From Octopus sinensis (taxonomy: Eukaryota), in contig NC_042997.1 in NCBI RefSeq assembly GCF_006345805.1, positions 152,148,001 through 152,212,000 on the forward strand: DNA of 64,000 nt, read 5' to 3'. A program made the translations under genes and the position numbers. This document shows positions 36,431 to 49,544 of the stretch, piece by piece. The notes beneath the pieces are model-generated. The model was given only the letters and a program-made list of their open reading frames with translations, did no database searches and had not been told where the DNA came from. The first letter of the stretch is position 1; every line of letters begins with the position of its first letter.

Positions 36431-36674
36431 GGTATTATGACAAAATCGGTCCAAGGACAAAATCCCCTCCGGACAAAATCCGCCCGGGAAAAATACCCAC
36501 CGGACAAAAATCCCCCAGCAGTCAACATCCGCCAAGTTATTGTTCCTTCTTTGCAATAAAATTTTTTTAGGAAAGTGAAATTTAAAAAGAGATTTGAAAT
36601 ATTTATTTGTTGATATTTTTGTCTAACATTTGTCTGGTGGGATTTTGTCCTCGGTGGGATTTTGTCCTGATACC
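36431..36674. mobile_element. MITE with repeated GGACAAAATCCC subterminal motifs (possibly MULE-type)
   Basis: Termini ggtattatgacaaaatc and gattttgtcctgatacc. About four motif copies on the left and inverted copies on the right. The 9-bp flanks match only partly. Confidence 0.6.
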
Positions 36675-36797
36675 GCAGCATCTGACCACTTTAGATCTTA
36701 TTCTAGCATTGTAGGTGTTCTAACATCCTCTGTCATATTGAATGACAATGGTAGTTTTCCTTTTGGTGATACATACATACATACACACACCCATATA

Positions 36798-36840
<43 letters not shown>

Positions 36841-36844
<4 letters not shown>

Positions 36845-36902
36845 TGACGATATTTTGCCATTTGAATATGGCTAACCCCTAATGGCAAATATACGTCACG
36901 AT
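36841..36902. repeat. 62-bp hairpin (mini-MITE)
   Basis: atcgtgacgatattttgccatt ... aatggcaaatatacgtcacgat, next to (TA)n. Confidence 0.7.
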
Positions 36903-37200
36903 GTGTTGCCGCTACTGTTTATAACTCGCTCTGAGATTTATCATTGTTATATATATATATATATATTATTCAAAGAAATTCCAACTCTGTTATTTATGTT
37001 TTATTTATATTCTTTATAATATTGATGTAGAATATAGAATATATAGTATAAATAATATATATATATATAGTAAAATGGAATGAAGTATTGATTGTCTTAT
37101 TGAATAGATGAAATATTGAATATAAAATATTAAGGGACTAGTATACTTTCTTGCATTATAGGAGTCTTCAAGGATCCATGTTGTGACAGGAGTGTTTCAA

Positions 37201-37238
<38 letters not shown>

Positions 37239-37446
37239 CCGAATATATGTAAAATTCGGTGGTTTTTTTAAAGCCTTTATAGAAATTATATATATATATA
37301 TATATATATATAATAAATATATATATATATGTGTGTGTGTTGTGTGTGTGTGTGTGTATGAGACCTAGTTATCTGTGACTTAGTGCAGAAAGTGTTCTTG
37401 ATGATCCATTGCGGTTGAGCATTTATTTACATGTACTTGGATAACC

Positions 37447-37597
37447 ATAATGGAGAAACGCGTGTAATATCTATAATATAAATATCTGTTTATTCTCGCT
37501 TCTCATATACACACATTGTGTGTGCGTGAATGTGTGTATATGAGAAGCGAGAATAAACATAAATTTATATTATTGATATTACGCGCGTTTCTCCATT

Positions 37598-37599
<2 letters not shown>
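37447..37599. mobile_element. ~150-bp foldback element (MITE-like) with ~70-bp arms
   Basis: ataatggagaaacgcgtgtaatatc...tgtttattctcgcttctcatatacacacatt pairs with aatgtgtgtatatgagaagcgagaataaaca...gatattacgcgcgtttctccattat. Confidence 0.8.
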
Positions 37600-37628
<29 letters not shown>

Positions 37629-37703
37629 GTATGCGTGTGGACGTATGTATGTACCAACATACAAACTTATAGCTGGCATACAAATTTCGTATGAATCCTT
37701 AGG

Positions 37704-37795
<92 letters not shown>

Positions 37796-38225
37796 GTGTG
37801 TGAGCCTGCACGTGTACATTTGAGGGACCATACTGTTGTATGTTCGTGACCATACGCATTAAAACAAGCACGTTTTAGAATTCCGTTTCCAATCGAGATG
37901 TCACTAAATGTATTTGGTGTGAGATTATATATGGATACGATGGATTATATATGGATACGATGGCCATATAAGTATATGCTTTCACGGATGTGTGTGTTAA
38001 TATATATCTCGCATCCTCTTTCTCTCTTTTTCTGTCTCTTTCTCCATCCCTCCCTCTCTCGCTCTCTCTCTCTCCCTCTCTCTTTCTCTTGCTTTCTATG
38101 TATATTTGTGTCACTGCCTATGTGGGTGTGTACAAGTATTTACGTATATCTGTATAAATGTATATGTAAGTATGTACGTATGTATATATGTATATACGTA
38201 TGTATATATGTATATGCATATATAT

Positions 38226-38309
<84 letters not shown>

Positions 38310-38879
38310 TACATATATGTATATATATACATACGTGTATGTGTGTGTATATATATATATACGTTTATGTGTGTATGTGTCTATATCTGTATTGATATAT
38401 TATAAGCATGATCTACGCATGTATGTATCTAGTTATATCATATATATATACAAGTGTGTATGATTGTATGCATGTGCGTATGTGTGTACATATGTATACG
38501 TATATATAGTGATTGCGTATATGTATATAAGACATATATATTTTTTTATACATACAGATAACTGACCCACGCGCACACACACACACATACACACACTCAT
38601 ACATACACTCATGCTGGAAGACATGCGAGAAGTTAAACAGATGTATAGATGAGATACGTAGATAAATACATCTGATAAATAAGGATATGGAAAATGTCAA
38701 CATTTCGACGTTGATGAAGTCTAACTAACACGAAACATTCTCGTTCTTTCTGCTTGTCCGTCCTTTATCTGTTTATTATCTGAATATATACGAGTACAGA
38801 GTAGACCAATAAAATGATATGGAAATAAATATAAGTAGACACAATAAAAATGTTTCTGTCTATATATATACATATATAT

Positions 38880-38925
<46 letters not shown>

Positions 38926-39559
38926 CATCTGTTCTAAAATGATATTTATGCCATCCCAACAAGATACAAAGATGGTGATAGGAAGCAAGAGAGGGCACAA
39001 ATGTGACAATGTCAATGACAGTGGGATAATAGATAAAATTTGCATTAGTTTTTTTGTGTTATTATATATTTATCTATTGATTTATTTATTTATTTTGTTA
39101 ATGCTATTCCTATGATGAGTATGTGGACCTGATAATTTTTTGTTGTTTTTTTTTTCTTTATGCAGGTCGTTTTTTTTTTTAGATAAATATGGCTCTGTCA
39201 TATTTAGAATAATTATGGCTCTATAATACTTCAATGACAGTGATTGGAATAAATTCGTACACACACACACTTATGCAAACACATATTTATATATGTATGC
39301 ATATGCGTGTGCGTGTGTATGTGTGTGCAAGTGTACGTGTACGTGTGTTCAATCGCGCGCGTGTGTGCAAATATGTATATGTATGTAGGTATATATTCAC
39401 GTATGTGTATATATGCATACATATGAATATATATGTGTGTGTGCGCGCGTGTGTGTTTTGTTGTGTGTGTGTGTGTAGCATACATATATATAATGTATAA
39501 ATACACACATACAAAAAAATTGGCAGATAACCGTCGCGTTTTCGAACATATTTGAGTGC

Positions 39560-39562
39560 ATA

Positions 39563-39603
<41 letters not shown>

Positions 39604-39725
39604 CATGTGTTTGTTTACGCATGTATATATTACATGTATTGCACATATAATATACATATGATTCTGTGCGTATATATATACATGCATATGCATGCATGCA
39701 TGTATGTATGCATGTATATATATAG

Positions 39726-39764
<39 letters not shown>

Positions 39765-39890
39765 CATGTGCTTGTTTACGCATGTATATATACATGTATT
39801 GGACATATAATATACATATGATTCTGTGCGTATACATACACATGTATATGCATGTATGTATGCAGGTATGTATGCATATATGTATGTGTA
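39560..39890. repeat. Tandem duplication of a ~165-bp microsatellite-rich unit
   Basis: catgtg.ttgtttacgcatgtatata..catgtattg.acatataatatacatatgattctgtgcgtata occurs twice. Confidence 0.8.
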
Positions 39891-39918
39891 TATACATATA
39901 CGTGTTCGTGTGTTTGTA

Positions 39919-39949
<31 letters not shown>

Positions 39950-41309
39950 TTGTATATATACATACATGCATGAAAGAGATGTTCCTTGTAACTCATTGTA
40001 CTGTTGTAAACGCACACGCATGGACAAGAGCGGGGTACGCAGTAATATCGACATAATTACGTGTTCAGTTGAAATCTCAATGTTTTTCAACCAATGAAAT
40101 CACTTGCTAACAATTGCCTCGCTTACACATACACACATACTTCCTCTCCTTCTCTTCCTTCTCTCTCTCTCTCTCTCACGGATACACAGCCACACACACG
40201 CACGCACATACACTCACACACCCCCACCTCACATGGCACCACATTAGACTTCCATTAACAATGTCATAACGGAGAAACTATCGAGAAGCGAACAACATGC
40301 AGGATGTCAATGTGGACGCTCGACATTTCAAATCTCTTTATTCCATACTTGTTTTAACTTCAATAAGAAAAGATGTCAAGCACTCTGGCAGTGTTGAACT
40401 TACTGAAATATTCATAAGTTATATTTGCTTATTGAGAAAAATGAAAAAAGAAAAAAAAAATAGCGTAGAAACGAAGAAAGATGGACGGAGAACTGGAATC
40501 TACTTTTGTTCTCATCCATTTCTCTTTCTTTCTCTATGTCTGTCTCTCTCCTCTCTTTCCTCTCTCTCTCTCTATCTATCTCTATTTCTCCCTCTCTCTT
40601 TCTCTCTCTCTTTCTTTCTCACTTAAAATTAGTGTTTCACTTTGTCATCGACATTGTTAGCGTAATCGTTTCACAATTTCATTGATAAACTTCTACTTGA
40701 CTTCTTGACATTCAGAAGATAATTTCGTTTTTTTTTTCACTATTTCTCGCACTCATAAACACACACATACACGCATAAACACACACACACGCACACAAAG
40801 AAACAAACGCACACACATTCTCATATACACACATACACAAAAATCTATCCACTATATTGTTCTTTATACATTACAATGTGTGTAATATATAGCAACATTA
40901 ATAATTCATTATATATAAATATGTGTGTGTGTGTATGAGTGTATGTGTGTGTATGCGTGTGTGTGCGTATAAATGTAAGATCCAGAGATCGTAACTCTTG
41001 TATATATATATATATATATATATATGGCTTGTGTTAGAAATACCAGCGATTATAATTATTTTTATTTTATCGCAATTTGATTTGTTTATATATATATATA
41101 TATATATTCTTTTACTCTTTTATTCTTTCACTTGTATCAGTCATTTCACTGCGGCCATTCTGGAGCACCACTTTTAGTCGAACAAATCAACCCTAGGACT
41201 TATTCTTTGCAAGCCTCGAACATATTCATTCGACCTCCTTTTGCCGAACCGCTAGTTGACAGGGACGTAAACACACCGACATCGGTCGTCATACATGTAT
41301 ATATATATA

Positions 41310-41480
41310 TAAGGTTAATCCAAACGGGAAAACAGAAAAAACAACAACACGTGGAACAATTACAGTATTATTATTATTAGGCGCTCAGGAAAATGGAAGA
41401 AGGAGGGTATGACGTTTCGAGCGGAGCTCTTCGTCGGAAACATAGGAGAAAGAAAGATCCCGAGACGGGAGGACAGAGGA
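41310..41480 (-). mobile_element. Short hammerhead-bearing repeat (copy 2 of 3)
   Basis: Minus strand 41407-41441 reads GUUU-CCGACGA-A-GAGC-UCC-GCUC-GAAACGU-C (U4 mutated to C). Confidence 0.75.
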
Positions 41481-42359
41481 AAAAAAAAAAAATATTGCAG
41501 GTAGTCTTCACGAGGTCACATACTAAAAAGACGGAAGTGGTAAAAAAGGAGGAAAATGTTTTTTAAAAACAGGAGAGCGGAATCAAAGAGGGAATGGTAA
41601 AAAAGTGTGCGAGATGACGAGGGTGTGTGTGTGAGTGTGTGCGTGTGTGGTATGTGTGTGTGTGGTGGACAGTGGCTAGTAGCAGCAGTAGTAGAATTAA
41701 AGGAGTGATGGGGGTACCCTAGCAAGTCAGAAAGGCAGATCAGAAAGAGGGAGGTATGTGTGTGTGCGTGTGTATGTATGTGTGAGTGTGTGCGTGTGCG
41801 TGTGTGTATGTGGTGTGGGCGAGATAAAAAAACAAAAAATATGTATATGTTAGTGCGTGCAGGGCGAACAGATGACATAGCAAGTCTCGAGTGAGTGGTC
41901 AGTGGTAAAAAAAGGGAGGAAGGAGGGAAGAAGGGAAGGAGGGAAAGGGTGGGGGCGTATGTAACGTGCCAGTGTGTGTGTTGAGTGGTAGTGTGTGTGT
42001 GTCCAGTGTGCGTAGTTGTGTGTATGGCAAGTAAATTTGAAGTGTGTGTAAGTGTAATGTATATATATATGCAAATGTGGTGTGTGAGTGGGTGTGTGTA
42101 TGTGTGTGCGTGTGTGTACAAAGAGGGGGGGTTTAAGGAAAAAAACTGCAGCGGAGGGGACATGTTCAGTTTCCGTCTACCAAATACACTCACAAGGCCT
42201 TTGTTCGGCCCTAACCTATAGTAGAAGACACTTGCCCAAGGTGTCACACAGTGAGACTGAAACCGGAACCATATGGTTGGGAAGCAAGCTTCTTTATTTC
42301 ACGAAAATTGGCCATAAAGGCCTTACACAGAGGGTCAGCACAAGGTGGGGACAAAAAAA

Positions 42360-43419
42360 GATGGGGTTGGACAAAATAATGGAAACACCTAGCATCATAG
42401 CATCTTAACTTTGAAATATCTATAAAACCGTCAAAAGCTTGTTTATTTTTATGATTTTTGATTTATTATTAGTGTTGCTAAAACCTCCGCGTCGAAACAA
42501 AACTCTGGAAGAAAACTTTCAGATAGAGACCATCGGACACTTGTGCAAATTGTTAGAGAGGATCACAAAAAGTATAGCTCCTAAAATTACTGCAAAGCTT
42601 AATGACCACCTCGAGAACCCAGTTTCCACAAAACTGTTCACCGGGACCTGCACAAAGCCGAATTTCACGGGAGGGCTGCAATCAGATAACCACTACTTTC
42701 AAAAACAAACGTTGCAAAGCATTTAGAGTGGAGTAAAAACCTACAGAGTTGGTCCCTAGAGCAGTGGGAAAATGTTATTTTCTCGGACAAGTCATCCTTT
42801 ACCTTATTTCTGACCATCGGCCAAGTATAGGTGTAAAGACAACCAAAAGAAGCATTTGACCCAGACTGTCTTCTTCTAACTGTTTAACATGGATGAGGAT
42901 CTGTGATAATCTGGGGTGGGGAGCTATATGTTGGAAATCCACCGGCCCAATGGTTTCCCTTCATTGCAAAATTATAGTCAAGACTATTTAAGCATTTTAC
43001 TGATCAAATTCATCCTATGGTTGCTGAAGTGTTTCCAGGGAAAAACGCAATCTTTCTGGGTGATAATGAACCAATTCACACAGCTAAAGTTGTTACTGAA
43101 TGGTACGATGAACATTCTAGTGAAGTTGAACATCCTATCTGGCCACCACAGTCCTCAGATCTCAATATCATTGAACATTTATGGTGCAATTTAGAAAAAC
43201 AAGTAAAGAGTCGTTATCCTCCACCATTATTACTACAAGAACTGGAGACAGTTTTAGCCGAAGAATAGACAAAAATTTCTTTGAAAACAATTCAAATTTT
43301 GTACGAATCCATACCTCTTAGAATTCAAGCTGTAATTACTGCCAAAGGCGGTCCTATCCCATATCAAAATAAATTTGTTTGAAATTTTAAGGTTTTTCCA
43401 TTATCTTGTCCAACCCCTG
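42360..43419 (+). mobile_element. Tc1-like (DD34E) transposon, internally deleted and decayed
   Basis: TIRs ggggttggacaaaataatggaaacacct and aggtttttccattatcttgtccaacccctg|TA. Translation gives VIFSDKS, FLGDNEPIHTA, WPPQSSDLNIIEHLW and AVITAKGGP. Confidence 0.9.
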
Positions 43420-44009
43420 TATACACACACACACACACGTGTATACGTACATATTAGAAATATATTTTAAAAAAAAGAAATAATTCTTTGTAAATTTTAT
43501 CATAGACAAAATATTTATATTTATATTTTTTATCAAAATAGGTAACGGTTTCAATCGTTTGATAAATTTTTTCAGTCATGCTGTAAGAAAAAGGAGGCAA
43601 AACTGAAATAAATTAAATTGAAATAATCTTTCACGGGACCAATCTGGGTGTGCTTATGATTTTCTTATAAAATTCGTATGGTACGAACATTCGTTTATGA
43701 ACTCCAAAATACCACAATGCGAAACTTATATACAATGAATATCGTCCCTGCGAGCCTTATTTGCAATGAATGTGGTCCCTGAACATGACACATCTATTTA
43801 CACATTTACTTCCGCGCCTCACTATACCCTAAATGCACATCAAACCAAAATAAATCATGTCTGATGAAAGCAAGGCAGTCGAAACTTCGAAGTCACGATC
43901 AATATTTTTCTTGTAAAAGTATGCGTGTGTGTGTTTGTGTGTGTGAACCTTCTTCGGCACTCTCCATACGACCTGCTGCTGTTAAGTAGATAATTGGAAT
44001 GCCAGCTGC

Positions 44010-44410
44010 CAAAAGCCGGTGAGCTGGCAGAAACGTTAGCACGCCGGGCAAAATGCATAGCGGCATTTCGTCTGCCGCTACGTTCTGAGTTCAAATTCCA
44101 CCGAGGTCGACTTTGCCTTTCATCCTTTCGGGGTCGATTAAATAAGTACCAGTTAAGCACTGGGGTCGATATAATCGACTTAATCCGTTTGTCTGCCCTT
44201 GTTTGTCCCCTCTGTGTGTAGCCCCTTGTGGGTAGTAAAGAAATAAGTATTTCATCTGTCTTTATGTTCTGAATTCAAATTCCGCCGAGGCTTACTTTGC
44301 CTTTCATCCTTTCGGGGTTGATAAATTGAGTACCAGTTGCGTACTAGGGAAGATCTAATCGACTGGCCCCCAAACATTTCGGTCATTGTGCCTAGAGTAG
44401 GGAAGGAATG
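44010..44410 (+). mobile_element. SINE family B dimer
   Basis: Complete head followed by a head-less second unit joined at aagaaata|agtatttc. Confidence 0.88.
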
Positions 44411-44564
44411 TCAGCTACCATGAATAAACTTGAAATGAATACTTGAGTGGTTTACCGTAGCCATTTCCAGGTCGGTGGGATTTGAACTCTGAATGGAGAG
44501 AACCGGATAATATACCGTAAAGTATTTCTGAAGACGCTCCAACAATTTTGTCACACTTCCAGCT

Positions 44565-44682
44565 GCAAAGCAACGTGAAACGAAGTGTTTTGCACAAGAA
44601 CACAACGCATCACCGACTTCGGGAATTGAACTCAAGATCTAACGATCATGACTGCCACACCCTAACCACTAGGCCACACGCA
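44565..44682 (-). mobile_element. SINE family C head (tRNA-derived); related copy at 53985-54290 (+)
   Basis: Minus strand reads tggcctagtggttaggg...gagttcaattccc...tgcgttgtgttcttgtgcaaaacactt (A and B boxes). Confidence 0.7.
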
Positions 44683-44837
44683 TATATGTCCATATCACGT
44701 TAATATATGGCAGAATACGCTGGCAGAATCGTTAGCACGCTGAGCAAGATGCTTGGCAGCATTTCGTACGTCCTTACGTTCTGAGTTCAAATTACGCCAA
44801 AGTCGACTTTGCTTTCCATCCTTTCGCACTGGGTTCA

Positions 44838-44879
<42 letters not shown>

Positions 44880-44923
44880 GAGAGAGAGAGAGAAGAGAGA
44901 GAGAGAGAAAGAGAGAGAGAGAT

Positions 44924-44966
<43 letters not shown>

Positions 44967-44982
44967 GAAAGAGACGAAGAGA

Positions 44983-46040
44983 ATTGTGAATTGAATGTTG
45001 CTATTTATATCATTTAGTGTTGATTTGAAATCCAAAAGTTTGTCGATGTTCTCTTTCTAAATGATAAAAACAGTCATCCAGGTATCTTTTGGAATATAAC
45101 AATGGAATGTAACAATGGAATATAACAAAGAACAGCTTCCATTTTTAGACATCATGATAAAAAAACAGTCAACAATCAAATTATAACTGACATCTATTAT
45201 AAACCAAGTGACTCAAAACAATATCTCCTCTTTAGCTCATGCCACCCGAAACACATCAAAATAAATATTCCTTTCAATTTGGCAAAAAGGATTTGCACAA
45301 TAGCGTCTGATAGAACAACTCGGGACCTTCGTCTCCAAGACCTCAGAACAACGCTTACTGAAAGATAATATCCTAATATCCACCCTCACTTATAGACGAG
45401 GGAATTAAACGTGCCAAAAAATTAGACATAAAAATACTAAGAACAGCAAAACATAACACCACATCTCAAAACACTACTATTTATATCAACATACAGCCCC
45501 AGAAACAGTGAGGCATTCAACACTATAGTTCAAAATCTTCCTTTACTAACTAGAGATCAAAAAATGAACGACATCCTGAAAACGCACAAACTCATCAAAT
45601 GCAAAAAGCAACACAAATCGCTAAAGAGACTGCTAAAAAATGTGGACGCCCAAACTGTGGAATCTGCTCCAAATTACTTGAACGCTCGGATTTCCTTTTT
45701 CATACAAGGACAGAGGTTCACAATTAAAACTAGTTTCACTTTTGCCTCTGAGAACCTAATTTATGTAATAAGCTGCTCAGTTTTTGGACACAAATATATT
45801 GGACAGACGAGCATGACCTTGAGACGGAGCACCACTCTACATAAAGAGCAAATCCATTTCCCGCAATATAGGCAAATTCCTCTCAGTGAACATACAGAAA
45901 AATGTGCAGATAACATCAAACCAAATTTCACAGTCTTCCCCTTCTACCAGTACAATGACACAATTTCTCCACAAGAACGTTTAAATAAACTTTTTTTCAT
46001 TGAAAAATATAGAACACGTCTTAATATGCACGCATAACCA
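44983..46040 (+). mobile_element. Neptune-like PLE fragment (RT C-terminal part + GIY-YIG) with inverted 5' segment
   Basis: Plus strand from 45091: MEYNKEQLPFLDI, YKPSDSKQYL..SCHPKH, IPFNLAKRICTI, CGRPNCGIC, LIYVISC..YIGQT. Minus strand 44983-45090 encodes KRYLDDCF...NINSNIQFT. Confidence 0.9.
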
Positions 46041-46161
46041 ACTTTTATCTTTTTACATATTTCAATTCACGATTACATCACTTTACATAAATCCCCTTAC
46101 TAAATAAGTTTTTCGAAATCCTTTTTTTTTGTGTGTATATATATATATATCTATATATATA

Positions 46162-46248
<87 letters not shown>

Positions 46249-46379
46249 TTCCCTCCCCTTACCGAAATCTGAGCAGTTATCTCCCTTGCCCACAACAATA
46301 ATAATAATTTCTTCTTAAGAAAATACATATTCAAATAAGTAAACCTTAACATCATTAATAGCAAAAGGGAAAGCGGTCG

Positions 46380-46492
46380 ATATATTAAAAATTATATTAA
46401 AACTAAGAAAAGTGTGTGTATTTTCCTTTTTTAATTTCTTATGTATATTACAACTCACCACGTGGGGATAATCGAAATTCCTTCTTTTCTGT

Positions 46493-46530
<38 letters not shown>

Positions 46531-46800
46531 TATATATATATAAAGGAATACGAAGAATGGGACAAGAACGCAAAACATCCAGACAGTTAGATGATGCAAA
46601 AAAGGGGACAACAAAACATCCAGATAGACGATACAAAAAACAAGGATGGGTCATTCGGAATTTTTTCTTCAGTCGAGTTCCAGATTGTCTTTGCAATTTC
46701 GGCTGATTATAGTCGAGATTGCTTCAATTTGGCCAGCCGCAAGGATAAACTAAGCTAAGAGCGCTAGATTCCTTAGAAAGCAGCGAATTAGAAAACAAGC
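46380..46800 (-). repeat. PLE-associated non-coding repeat, homologous to 51990-52360
   Basis: Shared blocks ggctggcc, taatcagccgaaatt, gactgaaga, cgaatg.cc and ttgtatcgtct. Confidence 0.65.
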
Positions 46801-47149
46801 ACGGAGAAATGGTACACAAATACAAATGCAAATAGAGGACATTAACAACAGGTGTCTTTCGACTAAGGACGAATTAAATTAAGCTGGCGTGTATGGAAGT
46901 GAAGTCTTATGGCAGGGACATAAGAGGTGACAGGCATAGGGAGGAATATAGATGTCGCACGGTTGGTAGTCGAACCAAGAAAGAAAGGTCAGGCTTGGCC
47001 GAACACCGTACATACACAGACATACACACTCACACACACACACACATACACACAATACTTATGAGATTGTAGGTGCGCGCGCTATGTTCTGAAGAAGAAA
47101 CTTAATTCAAATATAATTAATGACGATACAAATATTTATACCCGTTTTG

Positions 47150-47154
47150 GTTGT

Positions 47155-47226
<72 letters not shown>

Positions 47227-47240
47227 CGATGATGATAAAC
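47150..47240. repeat. (GAT)n microsatellite
   Basis: Direct inspection. Confidence 0.95.
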
Positions 47241-48224
47241 GGCGATGAATACGAGCACGATACTTTGTACTATCGTTGACGACGGAATCTAAAGACTGTT
47301 TTACATCAGCTTCATTGTTAAGGCATCTTTCAATTCTTAACTGCGGCTTAGAGTTGTCAGAGATTCTAGTAAATCGCTGGAATCAAAGATAAACTCAATA
47401 ACAACAAAAGAAAAGTACAAAGAAATATAAACCAAAGCTACTTGGAGTTAAAATGAAACCTCTTGTGAATTGTTTAATGGAAGCGATTTCTCTGATAAGA
47501 AATTATTTCTAAAAAGACGTAGACTAATACGATCATGTTTGCCTACCGTATTTAACTATTCGTGTTCTTGTGACATGTTGTCAAATTATACTACTTACTT
47601 GCTGATATTCAAATTAAGACGACTATCTCTCTCGCTCTCGCTCTCTCTCTCTCTCTCTCTCTTTCTTCCTTTTTCTCTCTCCTTCCCTTCCTTCACTTTC
47701 TTTCCCCTCTCCCTTTTTCTCTTTTTCTCTGTTTAATTCTCCCTCTCTCCTACTCTCTTTCTCTTTTGCCCTGTCTTTCTTTCTCTCCTTCTCTCTCTTC
47801 ATCTTACCGCTCTCTCTTCCTCCCTCTCTCCATCTCCCTTTCTCCATCTCTCTCTCTCCATCTCTCTCACCCTCTCTCTTTCTCTCGTTCTCTTATTCTT
47901 TCCTTCTCACTCCCTTTCCCTCTCCCTCTTTCCCTCTTCGTCTCTCTCTTTCCTTTTCCTTCTTTCTTTCCCGCTGACTCTTTTGTTCTATATTTCTTTT
48001 TCTTCTTCTCTCTCTCCTTCTTACCACTCTCTTTCTCCCTCCCTCCCTCCCTCTCCCTCTCTCTCCCTTACCTTTCTCTCTACACACACGCGCGTGCATA
48101 TAAACGGATCGGCAACTTGTTACTCTGAGATTGGTTACGTTATGTAGACACCTTTGATGAGGTCACAATATGGTCGAAAATCAATTTAGGTTGTCCCACA
48201 TTTTTTCAATCATGGGAGAAATCG

Positions 48225-48630
48225 AGACCATCAGATGGCGACATCACATTTCCAATGAAGAGTTGCGTGCGCGCACGCATAGCCCTCAGCTTCCCGCTTC
48301 ATAGCCATCCACCGCATGTGCTAGTACGGACATGACCTCCGCTTCCTGCCAGGTCATAATACTAGGGCCTTGCCCTCGTTCGACGCAACAACTACGGCGT
48401 GGATGAAGCTCCGTGGCAAGCCGCGCACCAGATGGCCGGGCATGATTTAGGAAGATCTCGAGAGATTCTGCGTCATCTTCAAGGATGCAGGGGGGCTGCC
48501 ACGGGACCGCCAAGCGAGTCGGGGGCACTGGCGGACCAGGTCGGCTCTACGCACGATGACGCCTCTGAGACCACTAAGCTGGGTAGACCACAGTCCTATG
48601 CAGAAAAGGTATGAGTGAGTGAGTGAATGG
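48225..48630 (+). mobile_element. RTE-clade LINE 3' end with (GAGT)n tail
   Basis: IRWRHHISNEELR...YGHDLR...WMKLRGKPRTRW..MI*EDL matches RTE ORF2 C-termini. Confidence 0.8.
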
Positions 48631-49266
48631 GGGAGGAGGGAGTAAGGGAGGGGGAGGGAAGAAAGGAAGAAGTGAAGGTGGGAGAAAGAGATAACTTTGA
48701 CTTGTTTTATGTGTAGTTCATAGATTTACGTATATCATAATTTAGCAATGAGTGAACAGGGTTCCCTATTGACAGGCTTTTTATATCAAAGATATTGTTG
48801 AACTTTATAGTATGTAAATAGGTTTCCCCACTTTTCTGGAGCTACTACAGCCGAAAGACGATTCAGGCAGTTCATTATTTATTCAATCTACGAAGAAATA
48901 GGTAAATTTAACATGTTTCTATGGCTACTATACATTCACATATGTATATGTTCGCGTGGTGTGCGCATACATACAAACACACATAGCCCCCAAGCGCATA
49001 CACACATATACGCACATACATACCCAAACACACAACGCACAAATACACAAACTTCTGATGTACAATATAAAGGAAATATTTGTGGTCTTATCTCGAAAGA
49101 AGTCTTCTACTATTGATCGTGATGTTTCGAGAACTATGTCTCTCTTCAGTCAATGTAAAAAATAGGATCCCTCCACCGCCATCAATATAAAGCTATCTCT
49201 GGCGGGGAAATAGATATGAAGCATCTCGAAAATAGCGAAAGTCAAAAGCTATTTATATGTACGTGC

Positions 49267-49308
<42 letters not shown>

Positions 49309-49544
49309 GCACACACACAAAAAGCACAACACAACACACGCTTTGCCTTTCATCTTTTCGGCGTTGATAAAACAAGTACCAGTTGAGCACTGGTGTCGAC
49401 ATAATTGGCTTGCGCTCTGCCTCACAATTGCTGGCCTTGTACCAAAATTTGAAACCAATATTTATACTGTATTCTAGTATTTTATTATCTCTGTATGATA
49501 AGTCTGTGCAGTTGAGACTTCAAAGCCCCAATCATTATGCATTT

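Noticed and set aside
44010-44100. tRNA genes suggested by A/B boxes here and in other SINE heads
   Set aside because: No complete cloverleaf, and each continues into SINE body sequence.
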